From Myxococcota bacterium (GTDB taxonomy: Bacteria > Myxococcota_C > UBA6777), in assembly GCA_023150835.1 (NCBI GenBank), contig JAKLKB010000015.1:1-64000 (forward strand): 64,000 nucleotides of DNA. The letters run 5' to 3'. The notes beneath the pieces were generated by a model. The model searched no databases. It saw only the letters and a list, made by a program, of their open reading frames with translations, and was not told where the DNA came from. The position numbers were made by a program, and so were the translations under genes. Below are positions 8,320 to 17,804 of this stretch, piece after piece. Position 1 is the stretch's first letter; each line of letters begins with the position of its first letter.

Positions 8320-11130
8320 ATGCGGATCTTGCCGTTGGGCGGCGCGCATGAGGTGGGCGCATCCAGTACGATCGTTGAGTTTGGCGCTTATCGATTTTTG
8401 ATCGACGCGGGCATTCGGATCGGCGCATCGGGGGGCGATCAACTCCCTGATCTTGCGCGCATCAAAGAAGAGGCGGGTCCGATCGATGCGATCTTGTTGA
8501 CGCATGCGCACATGGATCATTCGGGTGCTTTGCCGCTTGTGCATCTGGCTTACCCCGATATCCCGATCTACATGACACCTGCGACGTTTGCCGTGTTGCG
8601 GATCTTGTTTTCAGACAGCCAACGGCAGATGCAGGAGCGTTATCAGCTAGACGGGGAGATCCCGCTGTATCCGGCTTCCGCGATGGATTCTTGCCTTGGG
8701 CGCATTCGCCCAGTCCCCTTCGATTATCCGCTGCGCCTCTCGGGCGGCGAAGTCGCGGCGACTTTTTATCCTGCGGGCCACATCTTGGGGGCCAGTGCGA
8801 TCCACTTACAGGGTCGGAGCGGATCGTTGCTGTTGAGCGGCGATATCTCGGTCACGGATCAACGAACCGTCCCGGGGATGTTGGCTCCGCAGATCCGACC
8901 TGATGTGGTGATGATCGAGTCGACGTATGGGGATCGGCTGCACGCCCATCGTCCGACCCAAGAAGCCAATCTGGTCCGAACGGTCCACACGATCCTCAGC
9001 AATGGTGGCAAGGTGATCATCCCCGCATTTGCGGTCGGACGCGCCCAAGAAGTCATCTTGATCCTGCAAAGCGCGATCGCCAAAGGCCAACTCCCTCCCT
9101 ACCCGATCTTTGTCGATGGCATGGTGCAGTCCGTTTGTGACACCTACAGCCGCTTCCCGACCTACCTCCAACAACATCTGCGCCACAGCGTCCAACGTGG
9201 AAACAACCCCTTCTTTCCGACAGGCGGCTCGATCCATCGTGTTCGCTCTCAAGTCCAACGAGAGCGGATTATCGAAGGCCCTCCCTGCTGTATCATCGCA
9301 TCTTCGGGCATGATGACGGGTGGACCCTCTGCTTTTTATGCAGCAGCTTTGGCGCATGATGCGCGCAATCTGATCGCGATCACAGGCTACCAAGACGAAG
9401 AAGCCCCGGGACGCCGGTTGATCGAACTGGCCGATGCCCCCGCACAACAGCGCCGCTTGCGCATCAATGACCGCGATGTCCTCGTCGCTTGCCAAGTCGA
9501 AAAGTACGCACTTTCGGCCCACGCGGACAGCGGTGAGATCGCGGGCCTTGTTGGTGGCCTTGATCCCGCACAAGGCGTCGTTTTGGTTCATGGTGAAGGT
9601 GATGCCCGCGAATCTCTCGCCCAAATGGTCGATCACACGGTCCATTGCGATATCTTTTTGCCCCAAAATGGCGAAGTCTTGCGCTTCCAACCTCCGCGTC
9701 AACTCTTTTATCCCCCCACCTCCGCAATGCAAGTCTCGCTGGCTGCGCCCAAACAGCCCCTCGATGCAACGGGACTCTCCCATCTTCATCAGGCTCTGTG
9801 GTCTGAAAGCGGTACACGCGGACTTTATCGTGTGGCCGATCTCTACGCTCGATGGAGTGGCCCCGATCTCACCCCATCCACCGAAGAAATCGATGCCATT
9901 CACCATCTACTTCTCGAACATCCCCAGTTCTTTCATCCCGACCCACGCCGCCCACAGCTCTTTCGATTGACTTCTCCACAACCCACTCACACTCGCCCTC
10001 GTCCTCCACAAGCCCAAGGCCGCGTCGAGATGAACCGCGCTCTCCAAATTGTGGCCGAAGTCTTGCCCGAAGAATCCGGCCTCTACAAAAAAGGAGCGCG
10101 CAGAGAAGAGTACATCCTGTTGCTTTTCTTCTACTTCCCACAAAAAGCCCAAAGCCAATACGCCGAGCAGATCGAGGCGATCGCGCAACGCACAGGATGG
10201 AAAGTTCAACTCAACGAGATGCCTCACCACGCTGCTCTCGAAGAATCCGCCCGCCGCTTGTTGCCTCATGGCTGGCAGCCTCAACGCAACCCTTCGATCC
10301 TGCACGAAGAACAACTCGTCCATCTCCGCGTCTACTGCCCCACCCCAAAAGCAGCGGAACCATCGACCCTTCAGCAGATCCAACAATCTTTCTTCAACGA
10401 CACGGGCTACCAACTCACGCTCCATCCACAACCTCTCCCCACGCCCGATCCTTCTCTCTCTCTCGATCACGCACTCTCCACGACTCACCTCGCTCGCCCT
10501 CCGTTCGACGCCCCCCATCCCAACAAAGCCTTCCCATCGCTCCAAACGTCCGACGTTCCAACCATCCCTGCACCGATCCGATATCCTGAAAAGACCGAAT
10601 CTTGCGCACCGATCGCCCTCTCCCAAAACACCCCATCTTGCGCATCGATCGCCCTCTCCCAAAACACCCCATCTTGCGCACCGATCGGAACCGATCAGGG
10701 CATCGAAACATCCCTACAGATCGGAGCCTCTGCGCCGTTGGAGATCAACCAAGCCTATCTGCGCATCGAAGAAGTCTTCGCGCATTGCCCGCATCGCCCT
10801 TACAAAAAAAGCAAAAAGGGCAACCAGATCGTTCTCAGCTTTTTGTCGCCCTATGTTGGCGAACGCTACATCGCGCAGGTCGAGCAGTTGGCCCAACATA
10901 TCGGATGGCCGATCCAGATCAATCCCGAACCCAACGAGTACGGCATCAAACAAGAAGTACGTGCGATCTTGCCGAAAAGTTGGGGACTTGCCAAAGAACC
11001 CGGGATCCACAAACGCACACGACTTGTGCGCATCCAACTTCCCCGAAATCCCGAAAAGACGGAGCTACAACGGATCGCAGAGCAAGTCTACGAACGCACC
11101 GGCTTTTTTCTTGAGGTTCACCGCGCTTAG
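8320..11130 (+). CDS. Metallo-beta-lactamase/beta-CASP ribonuclease (CPSF73/aCPSF-like) with a long duplicated C-terminal region
   Basis: GAHEVGAS, IDAG, THAHMDH, GHILG, SGD, ESTYG, AVGRAQE, SSGMMTGG, SAHAD and VHGE motifs; AGGAG RBS before the ATG. Confidence 0.92.
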   Translation: MRILPLGGAHEVGASSTIVEFGAYRFLIDAGIRIGASGGDQLPDLARIKEEAGPIDAILLTHAHMDHSGALPLVHLAYPDIPIYMTPATFAVLRILFSDSQRQMQERYQLDGEIPLYPASAMDSCLGRIRPVPFDYPLRLSGGEVAATFYPAGHILGASAIHLQGRSGSLLLSGDISVTDQRTVPGMLAPQIRPDVVMIESTYGDRLHAHRPTQEANLVRTVHTILSNGGKVIIPAFAVGRAQEVILILQSAIAKGQLPPYPIFVDGMVQSVCDTYSRFPTYLQQHLRHSVQRGNNPFFPTGGSIHRVRSQVQRERIIEGPPCCIIASSGMMTGGPSAFYAAALAHDARNLIAITGYQDEEAPGRRLIELADAPAQQRRLRINDRDVLVACQVEKYALSAHADSGEIAGLVGGLDPAQGVVLVHGEGDARESLAQMVDHTVHCDIFLPQNGEVLRFQPPRQLFYPPTSAMQVSLAAPKQPLDATGLSHLHQALWSESGTRGLYRVADLYARWSGPDLTPSTEEIDAIHHLLLEHPQFFHPDPRRPQLFRLTSPQPTHTRPRPPQAQGRVEMNRALQIVAEVLPEESGLYKKGARREEYILLLFFYFPQKAQSQYAEQIEAIAQRTGWKVQLNEMPHHAALEESARRLLPHGWQPQRNPSILHEEQLVHLRVYCPTPKAAEPSTLQQIQQSFFNDTGYQLTLHPQPLPTPDPSLSLDHALSTTHLARPPFDAPHPNKAFPSLQTSDVPTIPAPIRYPEKTESCAPIALSQNTPSCASIALSQNTPSCAPIGTDQGIETSLQIGASAPLEINQAYLRIEEVFAHCPHRPYKKSKKGNQIVLSFLSPYVGERYIAQVEQLAQHIGWPIQINPEPNEYGIKQEVRAILPKSWGLAKEPGIHKRTRLVRIQLPRNPEKTELQRIAEQVYERTGFFLEVHRA

Positions 11131-11190
11131 CGAACCTTCTCAAAAAAAAGAACCTTTACCCCCTTCGGTACGGGGTTTCAGGAGTTTTTG

Positions 11191-11688
11191 ATGAAATTAT
11201 CTACCCGCGCCGAGTACGGAACTCGCGCACTTGTCGAGCTTGCCATGCACCACGATGACCCACGCCCGATGATGCTCCAAGCCATCGCGGATCGTCAGGG
11301 TCTTTCCAAAAAATATCTTGAGCAGCTTTTCATCTTGCTCCGTCGTGCCGAGATCATCGAAGGCTTGCGCGGCCCTACGGGAGGCTACCGTTTGGCTCGC
11401 CATCCCTCCGAGATCCGCATGGCCGAAGTCATCCAAGTCCTCGAAGGCTCTCTTGCTGTCGCCGATTGCCTTGTCGACCAAGAGTCCTGCGTCAAAAGCG
11501 GAAGCTGCGCCACCCAAGAGATCTGGGCTCGCGTCACCCACGCCATCGAAGATATCTTAGGCTCGATTACGCTCGAAGAGCTTGTCTCACGCCACAGTTG
11601 CGCCCTCCAACCCCTGCGCTTTTTGCCCGGCTTTGGTGGCGAAACCTTCCATTGTACAAGCCACGAATCTCCCGAAAAAGGAGAGTAA
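11191..11688 (+). CDS. Rrf2 family (IscR/CymR-like) transcriptional regulator
   Basis: MKLSTRAEYG, IADRQGLSKKYLEQL, RGPTGGYRL, three Cys in CLVDQESCVKSGSC; AGGAG RBS. Confidence 0.92.
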   Translation: MKLSTRAEYGTRALVELAMHHDDPRPMMLQAIADRQGLSKKYLEQLFILLRRAEIIEGLRGPTGGYRLARHPSEIRMAEVIQVLEGSLAVADCLVDQESCVKSGSCATQEIWARVTHAIEDILGSITLEELVSRHSCALQPLRFLPGFGGETFHCTSHESPEKGE

Positions 11689-11730
11689 TCTTCTCCAAAA
11701 GAAACCGCAGCGACCCGCAACCCAAAAGCC

Positions 11731-11918
11731 GTGTTCGCAACACACCACGCGGTGCTGCCGCTGGTTTGAAAAGCCAAAGCTCACCCCGCCGTAACGGGGT
11801 CAATCGCAACACGCCACGCGGTGCTGCCGCTGGTTTGAAAAGCCAAAGCTCACCCCGCCGTAACGGGGTCAAGGGGCCTTCGGTCCCTTGTGGGGCGTGG
11901 GGCAAAGCCCCACCAAAC
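11731..11918 (+). repeat. Palindromic intergenic element with an internal 69-bp tandem duplication; a homologous copy lies at 58857..58977 (minus)
   Basis: Units 11735-11803 and 11804-11872 differ by one base; followed by hairpins caagggg...cccttg and ggggcaaagcccc. Confidence 0.85.
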
Positions 11919-11959
11919 AAACCGATGCGTCGCTGCGATCCAAAGAAAGAGAGACCGCC

Positions 11960-12625
11960 TTGAGTGAACGTTCGTCTTTCCCATCACGCCCGAAAGAGCA
12001 AAGCCTCACCTTCCTCTCGCACGAAGCCCAGCCCTTGCATCTCGAAGGGCTGCTCCATCTCGGAGAAGGCGCTTGGGGTGCTATAATCTGCCATCCTCAC
12101 CCGCTTCATGGCGGAACCATGCACAACAAAGTCGTGGATGCAGCGATCCGCGCAACGGCATCGATCGGAGCTTCGACGCTTCGCTTTAACTACCGTGGTG
12201 TGGGCCGTTCAGAAGGCCATTATGGCGAAGGCATCGCTGAGGTTTTCGATCTCAAAGGAGCGATCGATACGCTCCGTCGCGACTGCTCCTTCCAACGGCT
12301 TTTTTTGATCGGTTTTTCTTTTGGAACGGGCGTGGTTTCGCGATACTTGGCCGAAGGTGGAGAGGCCGATGCTGCGGTCTTGATCGCTCCCCCCTTTTCA
12401 ATGCACCCACTCCCCACATTCGCGATCCCCACCACAGCAGGCTTGCACATGGTTCTTGGTGAAAAAGATAGCTTCTGCACACCTGACGATCTGGACCGCT
12501 ACATCGCAACATTCGACGGATTTGTTCGCTCCAAGATCATCGACGAAGCCGATCATTTCTTTCACGGCCATCTGCACGAACTCGCCGACTTTATCAGCGA
12601 GGCCATCCCCCCCGACCTGCGGTAA
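11960..12625 (+). CDS. Alpha/beta hydrolase (COG2945-type)
   Basis: CHPHPLHGGTMHNKVV, RFNYRGVGRSEG, GFSFG nucleophile elbow, GEKD, ADHFF. Start uncertain (TTG 11960). Confidence 0.88.
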   Translation: MSERSSFPSRPKEQSLTFLSHEAQPLHLEGLLHLGEGAWGAIICHPHPLHGGTMHNKVVDAAIRATASIGASTLRFNYRGVGRSEGHYGEGIAEVFDLKGAIDTLRRDCSFQRLFLIGFSFGTGVVSRYLAEGGEADAAVLIAPPFSMHPLPTFAIPTTAGLHMVLGEKDSFCTPDDLDRYIATFDGFVRSKIIDEADHFFHGHLHELADFISEAIPPDLR

Positions 12626-12700
12626 TCTCCACACGCTGCGATGATCTCCGTACTGTAGTCATCCGCCCAGACGACAGCGATCACCGTACACAAACGATGT

Positions 12701-13841
12701 TTACACATCCAGATCATCGGTGGTTGTAAGCGTTTCGTGCCCGCTCTTCAACAGATAGGCTTCGATGAAGTCATCGAGGCGACCGTTGAGAACGGAGTCC
12801 ACATCGCCCACTTCGGTGCTTGTGCGATGATCTTTGACCATGCGGTAAGGATGAAGAACATACGAGCGGATCTGGCTCCCAAACGAGATCCCTTTCTTTT
12901 GAGAGTTGATCTGATCCATCTCATCGCGGCGTTTTTGAAGCTCCGCTTCGTAAAGTCGCGAACGCAACATCTTGATCGCCGTTGCGCGGTTTTTGTGCTG
13001 AGATCGTTCGTTCTGACAAGCGACCACGATCCCTGTGGGGATGTGTGTCATCCGCACTGCCGAGTCTGTTTTATTGACGTGTTGTCCGCCCGCTCCTGAC
13101 GCTCGGTACGTATCTACGCGGATATCAGCTTCGTTGAGTTCGATCTCGATATCGTCGTCCACTTCGGGGGAGACAAACACCGACGCAAAAGACGTATGGC
13201 GGCGGGCTTGCGAGTCAAAGGGAGAAACACGTACAAGCCGATGAACCCCAACCTCTGCCTTGAGATAGCCATAAGCGTATTCGCCTTCGACCGAAAAAGT
13301 TGCGCTCTTGATCCCCGCCTCTTCGCCATCTTGCTGATCGTTGATGTTGGTCTTCCATCCGCGTTTTTCGCAATAAAATAGCAACATCCGCAACAGCATG
13401 GACGCCCAATCACAAGACTCGGTCCCACCGGCCCCTGCGTTGACCGAGACGATAGCGTTGTTGCGATCGGCTTCTCCACCGAGCATCCGCTCAAACTCCA
13501 TCTCCTCGATGATCTTTTCAGGAGCCTCCAACTCCAAGGACAACTCGCCCAAGGTTTCTTCGGTCGGTTCGTCGTCCGAGGACAATTCAAGCAGCGTCTC
13601 GGCATCCGAAAGCCCTCGGCGCAGACGTTGAAAACGCTCGACAAAGGCCGTCAAATTGGAACGTTCGCGGAGTACTTTTTGTGCGCGCTCTTGATCTTCC
13701 CAGATCGCGGGATCTGCGGCCACTTCATCCAGCTTTTTCAGGCGTTCTTGGCGACCTGCAAGGTCAAAGACACCTCCCAAGGTGTTCTTGACGCTCTTGG
13801 AGATCGGTGATCTTGAGCTTGACTTCTCGAAGGGTTTGCAT
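12701..13841 (-). CDS. prfB: Peptide chain release factor 2, decoded by a programmed +1 frameshift: complement join(13767..13841, 12701..13765)
   Basis: SPF anticodon-mimic motif and GAGGQHVN. The 25-codon leader MQTLREV...GRCL ends in CTT TGA C; AGGAG RBS upstream of 13841. Confidence 0.97.
13763..13778 (-). promoter_or_regulatory. prfB +1 frameshift site (internal SD plus slippery CTT TGA)
   Basis: Minus strand reads GGGAGG TGT CTT TGA C, matching the canonical RF2 autoregulatory cassette. Confidence 0.95.
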
Positions 13842-14213
13842 GATGGGTCTTCTCCTGTTCTTTCGATATGTTGGATACTTTTGGGCGGATCTTGCCCAAG
13901 GAATCTCGCAATCCCCCCTTGCATCGCCTTTTGCGTGAACGCATCTCAAGGGGGTTCTACGGATCCCTCTGGATAACGCGGCCACACACAAAACGCAAGC
14001 CTTTCGTGGAACGTTCTGTGTACTTGCCTTGTTCGCCGATTTCCAACATAACCTTGTACTGCCGCGCTCACGACGATTGAAACGCCAAGAAACCGCCCCT
14101 CGCGGCCCCTCAAACGAGCCTTCAACGTACAAAGCGGAGCAACGACCTCAACGGCAGGTCTTGATCGCCGTATCCCCCTTGACTTGTTGCATCGACACAA
14201 AGGAGCAAAAAGC

Positions 14214-17200
14214 ATGAAGCGATTGATCTTCTGGGGCTTTTTGGGGGCTTGTCTGTGCTTCGGCACAGCCGCACACGCCAACAACGCCTCCAACCGTTTT
14301 GCGGTCCTCGACTTTGACACCTCAGGACGCATCTCTGCGGGTGCAGGCGAAACCCTCGCGATGATCCTCTACAACTCGCTCAACGCAAGACGGTACAACC
14401 TGATCGATCCCCAAACCATCCGCGAACTTCTGTCTAAACACGAATGGCCTCGAAAACGCCAACTGACGGGCGGTTTGCTCGCAGACTTCAAAAGAATGGG
14501 CGTGCGCTTCGTGATCACGGGCTCTGTCGGCTACCATTACCGCACTTTTACCGCAACCTACCGCATCACCAACACCGACGGGCGCATCCTCTACAGCGAC
14601 GTGCTTCCCCCTGTCCAAAGTTGGGTCGGCATGATCTCCACCCTCCAGTACTCGATGAAGATGTTGTTGCGAAACACCCAACGCACCCAACCCACCGCCA
14701 AAACGGGCCCCACAACCAAGCCCGCCCAACCCAACGCCGCTCTCAAAAGCCTCGTCGCCCGCATCAAAAGCGCCGTCAAGAAAAAAACCCCGCTGCAACC
14801 CTTCGAAACGCTCACCAAAGGGGCCACGCGCATCGATGGTCTCTTTCCTCTCTATACCAAGAAAGACGCTTATGGGCAACCTCTGTATATGATGGAGATC
14901 GCCCCCGAACAATTAAACAAACTTTACTTGTTTTCTCCTACCCTCGAAGGCGGGACAGGCGATATACTTTTGACTTTCGCGATGCTCGATGAGTTCCCTT
15001 TCCTCTTTGTTCGCCATGCACGCGCTCTTTATATGATCGAGAAAAACGTCAAGTTCCGCGTCTCCCCCAAATCGGCGCTCAGCAAGATCATCGATCGCTC
15101 TTTTGCAAGCTCCATCCGCGCCACCAACTTGATCCTCAGCGATGATCATCCCAAAAAGAAATCTTTCCTGATCGATGCCACGAAATTTCTTACACAAGAT
15201 CTACTTGGCGTAGCACGGTATGCGCGATTCTTTGCCTTGCGTACCACGGCGATCGAGAAAATCAACGCCTACCCCAAAAACCTCGAAATGAGCCTGAGCG
15301 GCATCTTTGTCTCGCGTGCAACCACCGCCACCACACCGATCGGACAAGCGATGATCAAGCTCCGCTACAGCCTCTCCACGATGCCCGAACCCGGTTTCCG
15401 TCCTCGCTATGCAGATGATCGCGTGGGTCATTTTATGATGGTCGCCAAAGACTTTAGCCGCGATGATGTAGACACCCGCTACATCCGTTATGTGACACGT
15501 TGGCGTCTTGAAAAGAAAAACCCTCGTGCGCGTCTTTCCGAACCCAAAACCCCGATCACGTTTTGGCTCGAAAACGGAATTCCTCACCGTTACCGCGACT
15601 CTGTCGCCAAGGGCATCTTGGTGTGGAATCAAGCCTTTGAACGCATCGGCTTCCAAAATGCCGTCGTTGCGCGCCAACAGCCCGACAACGCCACGTGGGA
15701 TCCTGCGGATATCCGCTACAATAGCGTCCGCTGGTTTCTCGCCAATACTGCTGGGTTTGCGCAAGGCCCCTCACGGATCGATCCGCTCACAGGCGAGATC
15801 TACGACGCGGATATCCGCGTCTCTTCCGAGATGACGCTTTTCCTCAACCAACAATTCTCTCTCCAAATCGAACCGCTCAGCGCTCTCCAAGGCAGCGGTC
15901 TTGAGTTTATGCTTGCGGAAAACGAATTCAGCGGCCTCAAGCCTTTCCACACGCTGCTGCAAGACTACAAGCAACAAATGGCTGATCTGAAAAAGAAAGC
16001 AGCACAACCCACCTTTCACAATCGCCGTCAACAGTTCCATTGCACCCACATGAGCGAAGCCCGCATCCAAGCGGCCTTTGGATGGGGCCTCTTGACTCTG
16101 CGCAAAGAACTTGTCCCGGGCACGAGCCAAGCCAAAAAATACATCGACGACTTTATCGTCAGCGTGATCTCCCACGAGGTCGGTCACACGCTTGGTTTGC
16201 GCCACAACTTCAAAGCCAGCACCCTCCACACCCTCGAACAACTCCACGACACAGCGCGCACCAAACGCATGGGCCTGACGAACTCCGTGATGGAATACAC
16301 CCCCGTTAACCTCGCTGCACCCGGCCAAAAACAAGGTGAGTACTGGCAAACCACCCTCGGTCCTTACGATCATTGGGCCATCGAATACGCCTACCGTCCG
16401 CTTCCTGCGCGCACCCCCGAAGAAGAACTGCCCTACCTCAACCACATCGCTTCTCGCGTCGCCAAGCACGAACTCGCCTATGCGACGGACGAAGATGCTT
16501 TTGGCTTTACCTCGGTCGATCCCACCGCAGAACGCTGGGATCTAGGCAAAGATCCTCTGCGTTACGCCCAACACCGCGCCAAGATCGCCTCGGAGATGTG
16601 GCAGCGCATCGAATCCTATGTCCCCCGCTCCAAAGGCGGCAGCTACCAACGGATGCGCTATATGTTCAACATCGCGGCCTCAACGCATCTTCGCGCAGGC
16701 ATCCAAGCAGCGCGCTTTGTCGGCGGCCTGTACCACCAACGCGATCACATCGGCGATGCCGGAAACCGCCTCCCTTTTCGGCCAGTATCCGCAAAAAAAC
16801 AACGGGCAGCGTTGAATTTTCTTGCAAAACAATATTTTGGACCAAAAGCCTACAACTTTTCTCCCAGCCTGCTCAACAAACTGGCTCCCGAGCGTTTGTA
16901 CGGCTTTACTTTCGCCATCCTCGCCCGTCCTATCGACTACCCGTTGCATCGCACAATCCTTGCTCTTCAACTTCTCCCGATATATCGGCTTCTTTACGTC
17001 TCAACCCTTGCTCGCGTTGAAGATATCCAACTCCGCCAGCCCTCCGATGCCGACTACCTCTCGGTTTCCGAGATCTTCCAAACCATCTCAAACGCAGTAT
17101 GGGCTGAACTCCTTCCCCCCATCGCTCCCACCTCTCGGCCCACCCAAAAAGTTCTCCATCCAGTCCTGATCCCAAGCACCCGCCGCGCACTACAAAACAG

Positions 17201-17411
17201 CTTGATCGAACTTCTTTTCGCTTACAGCCAAGCCAACGGACTTGTGATCGCGGAAGCTCCCGTCGCCGCAAGAACAGAACTGGTCAAGCTCTCCGAGCGC
17301 CTTCAAGACGCCATCCCGCGCACAACACACGCCTCCACGCGCCTCCACCTGATCAACGCCCACGCACGCGTTCAACAGATCCTCAACACCGTTCAAATCC
17401 GTCTGCGCTGA
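14214..17411 (+). CDS. Secreted zinc-dependent metalloprotease (DUF5117/DUF4953, EcxA-like) with an extra N-terminal CsgG/TolB-N-like domain
   Basis: Signal peptide ending AHA; PRYADDRVGHF, DPLTGEI, HEVGHTLGLRHNF, Met-turn SVMEY, GPYDHWAIEYAY; AGGAG RBS. Confidence 0.9.
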   Translation: MKRLIFWGFLGACLCFGTAAHANNASNRFAVLDFDTSGRISAGAGETLAMILYNSLNARRYNLIDPQTIRELLSKHEWPRKRQLTGGLLADFKRMGVRFVITGSVGYHYRTFTATYRITNTDGRILYSDVLPPVQSWVGMISTLQYSMKMLLRNTQRTQPTAKTGPTTKPAQPNAALKSLVARIKSAVKKKTPLQPFETLTKGATRIDGLFPLYTKKDAYGQPLYMMEIAPEQLNKLYLFSPTLEGGTGDILLTFAMLDEFPFLFVRHARALYMIEKNVKFRVSPKSALSKIIDRSFASSIRATNLILSDDHPKKKSFLIDATKFLTQDLLGVARYARFFALRTTAIEKINAYPKNLEMSLSGIFVSRATTATTPIGQAMIKLRYSLSTMPEPGFRPRYADDRVGHFMMVAKDFSRDDVDTRYIRYVTRWRLEKKNPRARLSEPKTPITFWLENGIPHRYRDSVAKGILVWNQAFERIGFQNAVVARQQPDNATWDPADIRYNSVRWFLANTAGFAQGPSRIDPLTGEIYDADIRVSSEMTLFLNQQFSLQIEPLSALQGSGLEFMLAENEFSGLKPFHTLLQDYKQQMADLKKKAAQPTFHNRRQQFHCTHMSEARIQAAFGWGLLTLRKELVPGTSQAKKYIDDFIVSVISHEVGHTLGLRHNFKASTLHTLEQLHDTARTKRMGLTNSVMEYTPVNLAAPGQKQGEYWQTTLGPYDHWAIEYAYRPLPARTPEEELPYLNHIASRVAKHELAYATDEDAFGFTSVDPTAERWDLGKDPLRYAQHRAKIASEMWQRIESYVPRSKGGSYQRMRYMFNIAASTHLRAGIQAARFVGGLYHQRDHIGDAGNRLPFRPVSAKKQRAALNFLAKQYFGPKAYNFSPSLLNKLAPERLYGFTFAILARPIDYPLHRTILALQLLPIYRLLYVSTLARVEDIQLRQPSDADYLSVSEIFQTISNAVWAELLPPIAPTSRPTQKVLHPVLIPSTRRALQNSLIELLFAYSQANGLVIAEAPVAARTELVKLSERLQDAIPRTTHASTRLHLINAHARVQQILNTVQIRLR

Positions 17412-17430
17412 TCTCTGCCCGCATCGACCT

Positions 17431-17710
17431 CTTCCCCCTGTTCGATATCTCCCGACTGTCGGCCTCTTCCCCCTGTTCGATCTCTCCCGACTGTCGGCCT
17501 CTTCCCCCTGTTCGATCTCTCCCGACTGTCGGCCTCTTCCCCCTGTTCGACATCTCCCGACTGTCGGCCTCTTCCCCCTGTTCGATATCTCCCGACTGTC
17601 GGCCTCTTCCCCCTGTTCGATATCTCCCGACTGTCGGCCTCTTCCCCCTGTTCGATATCTCCCGACTGTCGGCCTCTTCCCCCTGTTCGACATCTCCCGA
17701 CTGTCGGCCT
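17431..17710. repeat. Non-coding 35-bp tandem repeat x8
   Basis: cttccccctgttcga(ta/tc/ca)tctcccgactgtcggcct at 17431, 17466, 17501, 17536, 17571, 17606, 17641 and 17676; no spacers. Confidence 0.95.
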
Positions 17711-17804
17711 TTTTCAAATGTGTCCGCTGTGCTTCGCTCCCCGCTCCGTTCGCGGTAGTTGGTTTGTTTCAACAGTTTCCGATTTGGCCCGATGATCGGT
17801 CTGT

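Noticed and set aside
12701-13924. 407-aa single-frame prfB, or a prfB pseudogene
   Set aside because: Explained by the canonical +1 programmed frameshift with a start at 13841.
17431-17710. CRISPR array
   Set aside because: The units are contiguous with no unique spacers, and no cas genes are present.
17190-17772. Minus-strand ORFs of 175 and 129 aa
   Set aside because: They are translations of the 35-bp non-coding repeat cycling through frames.
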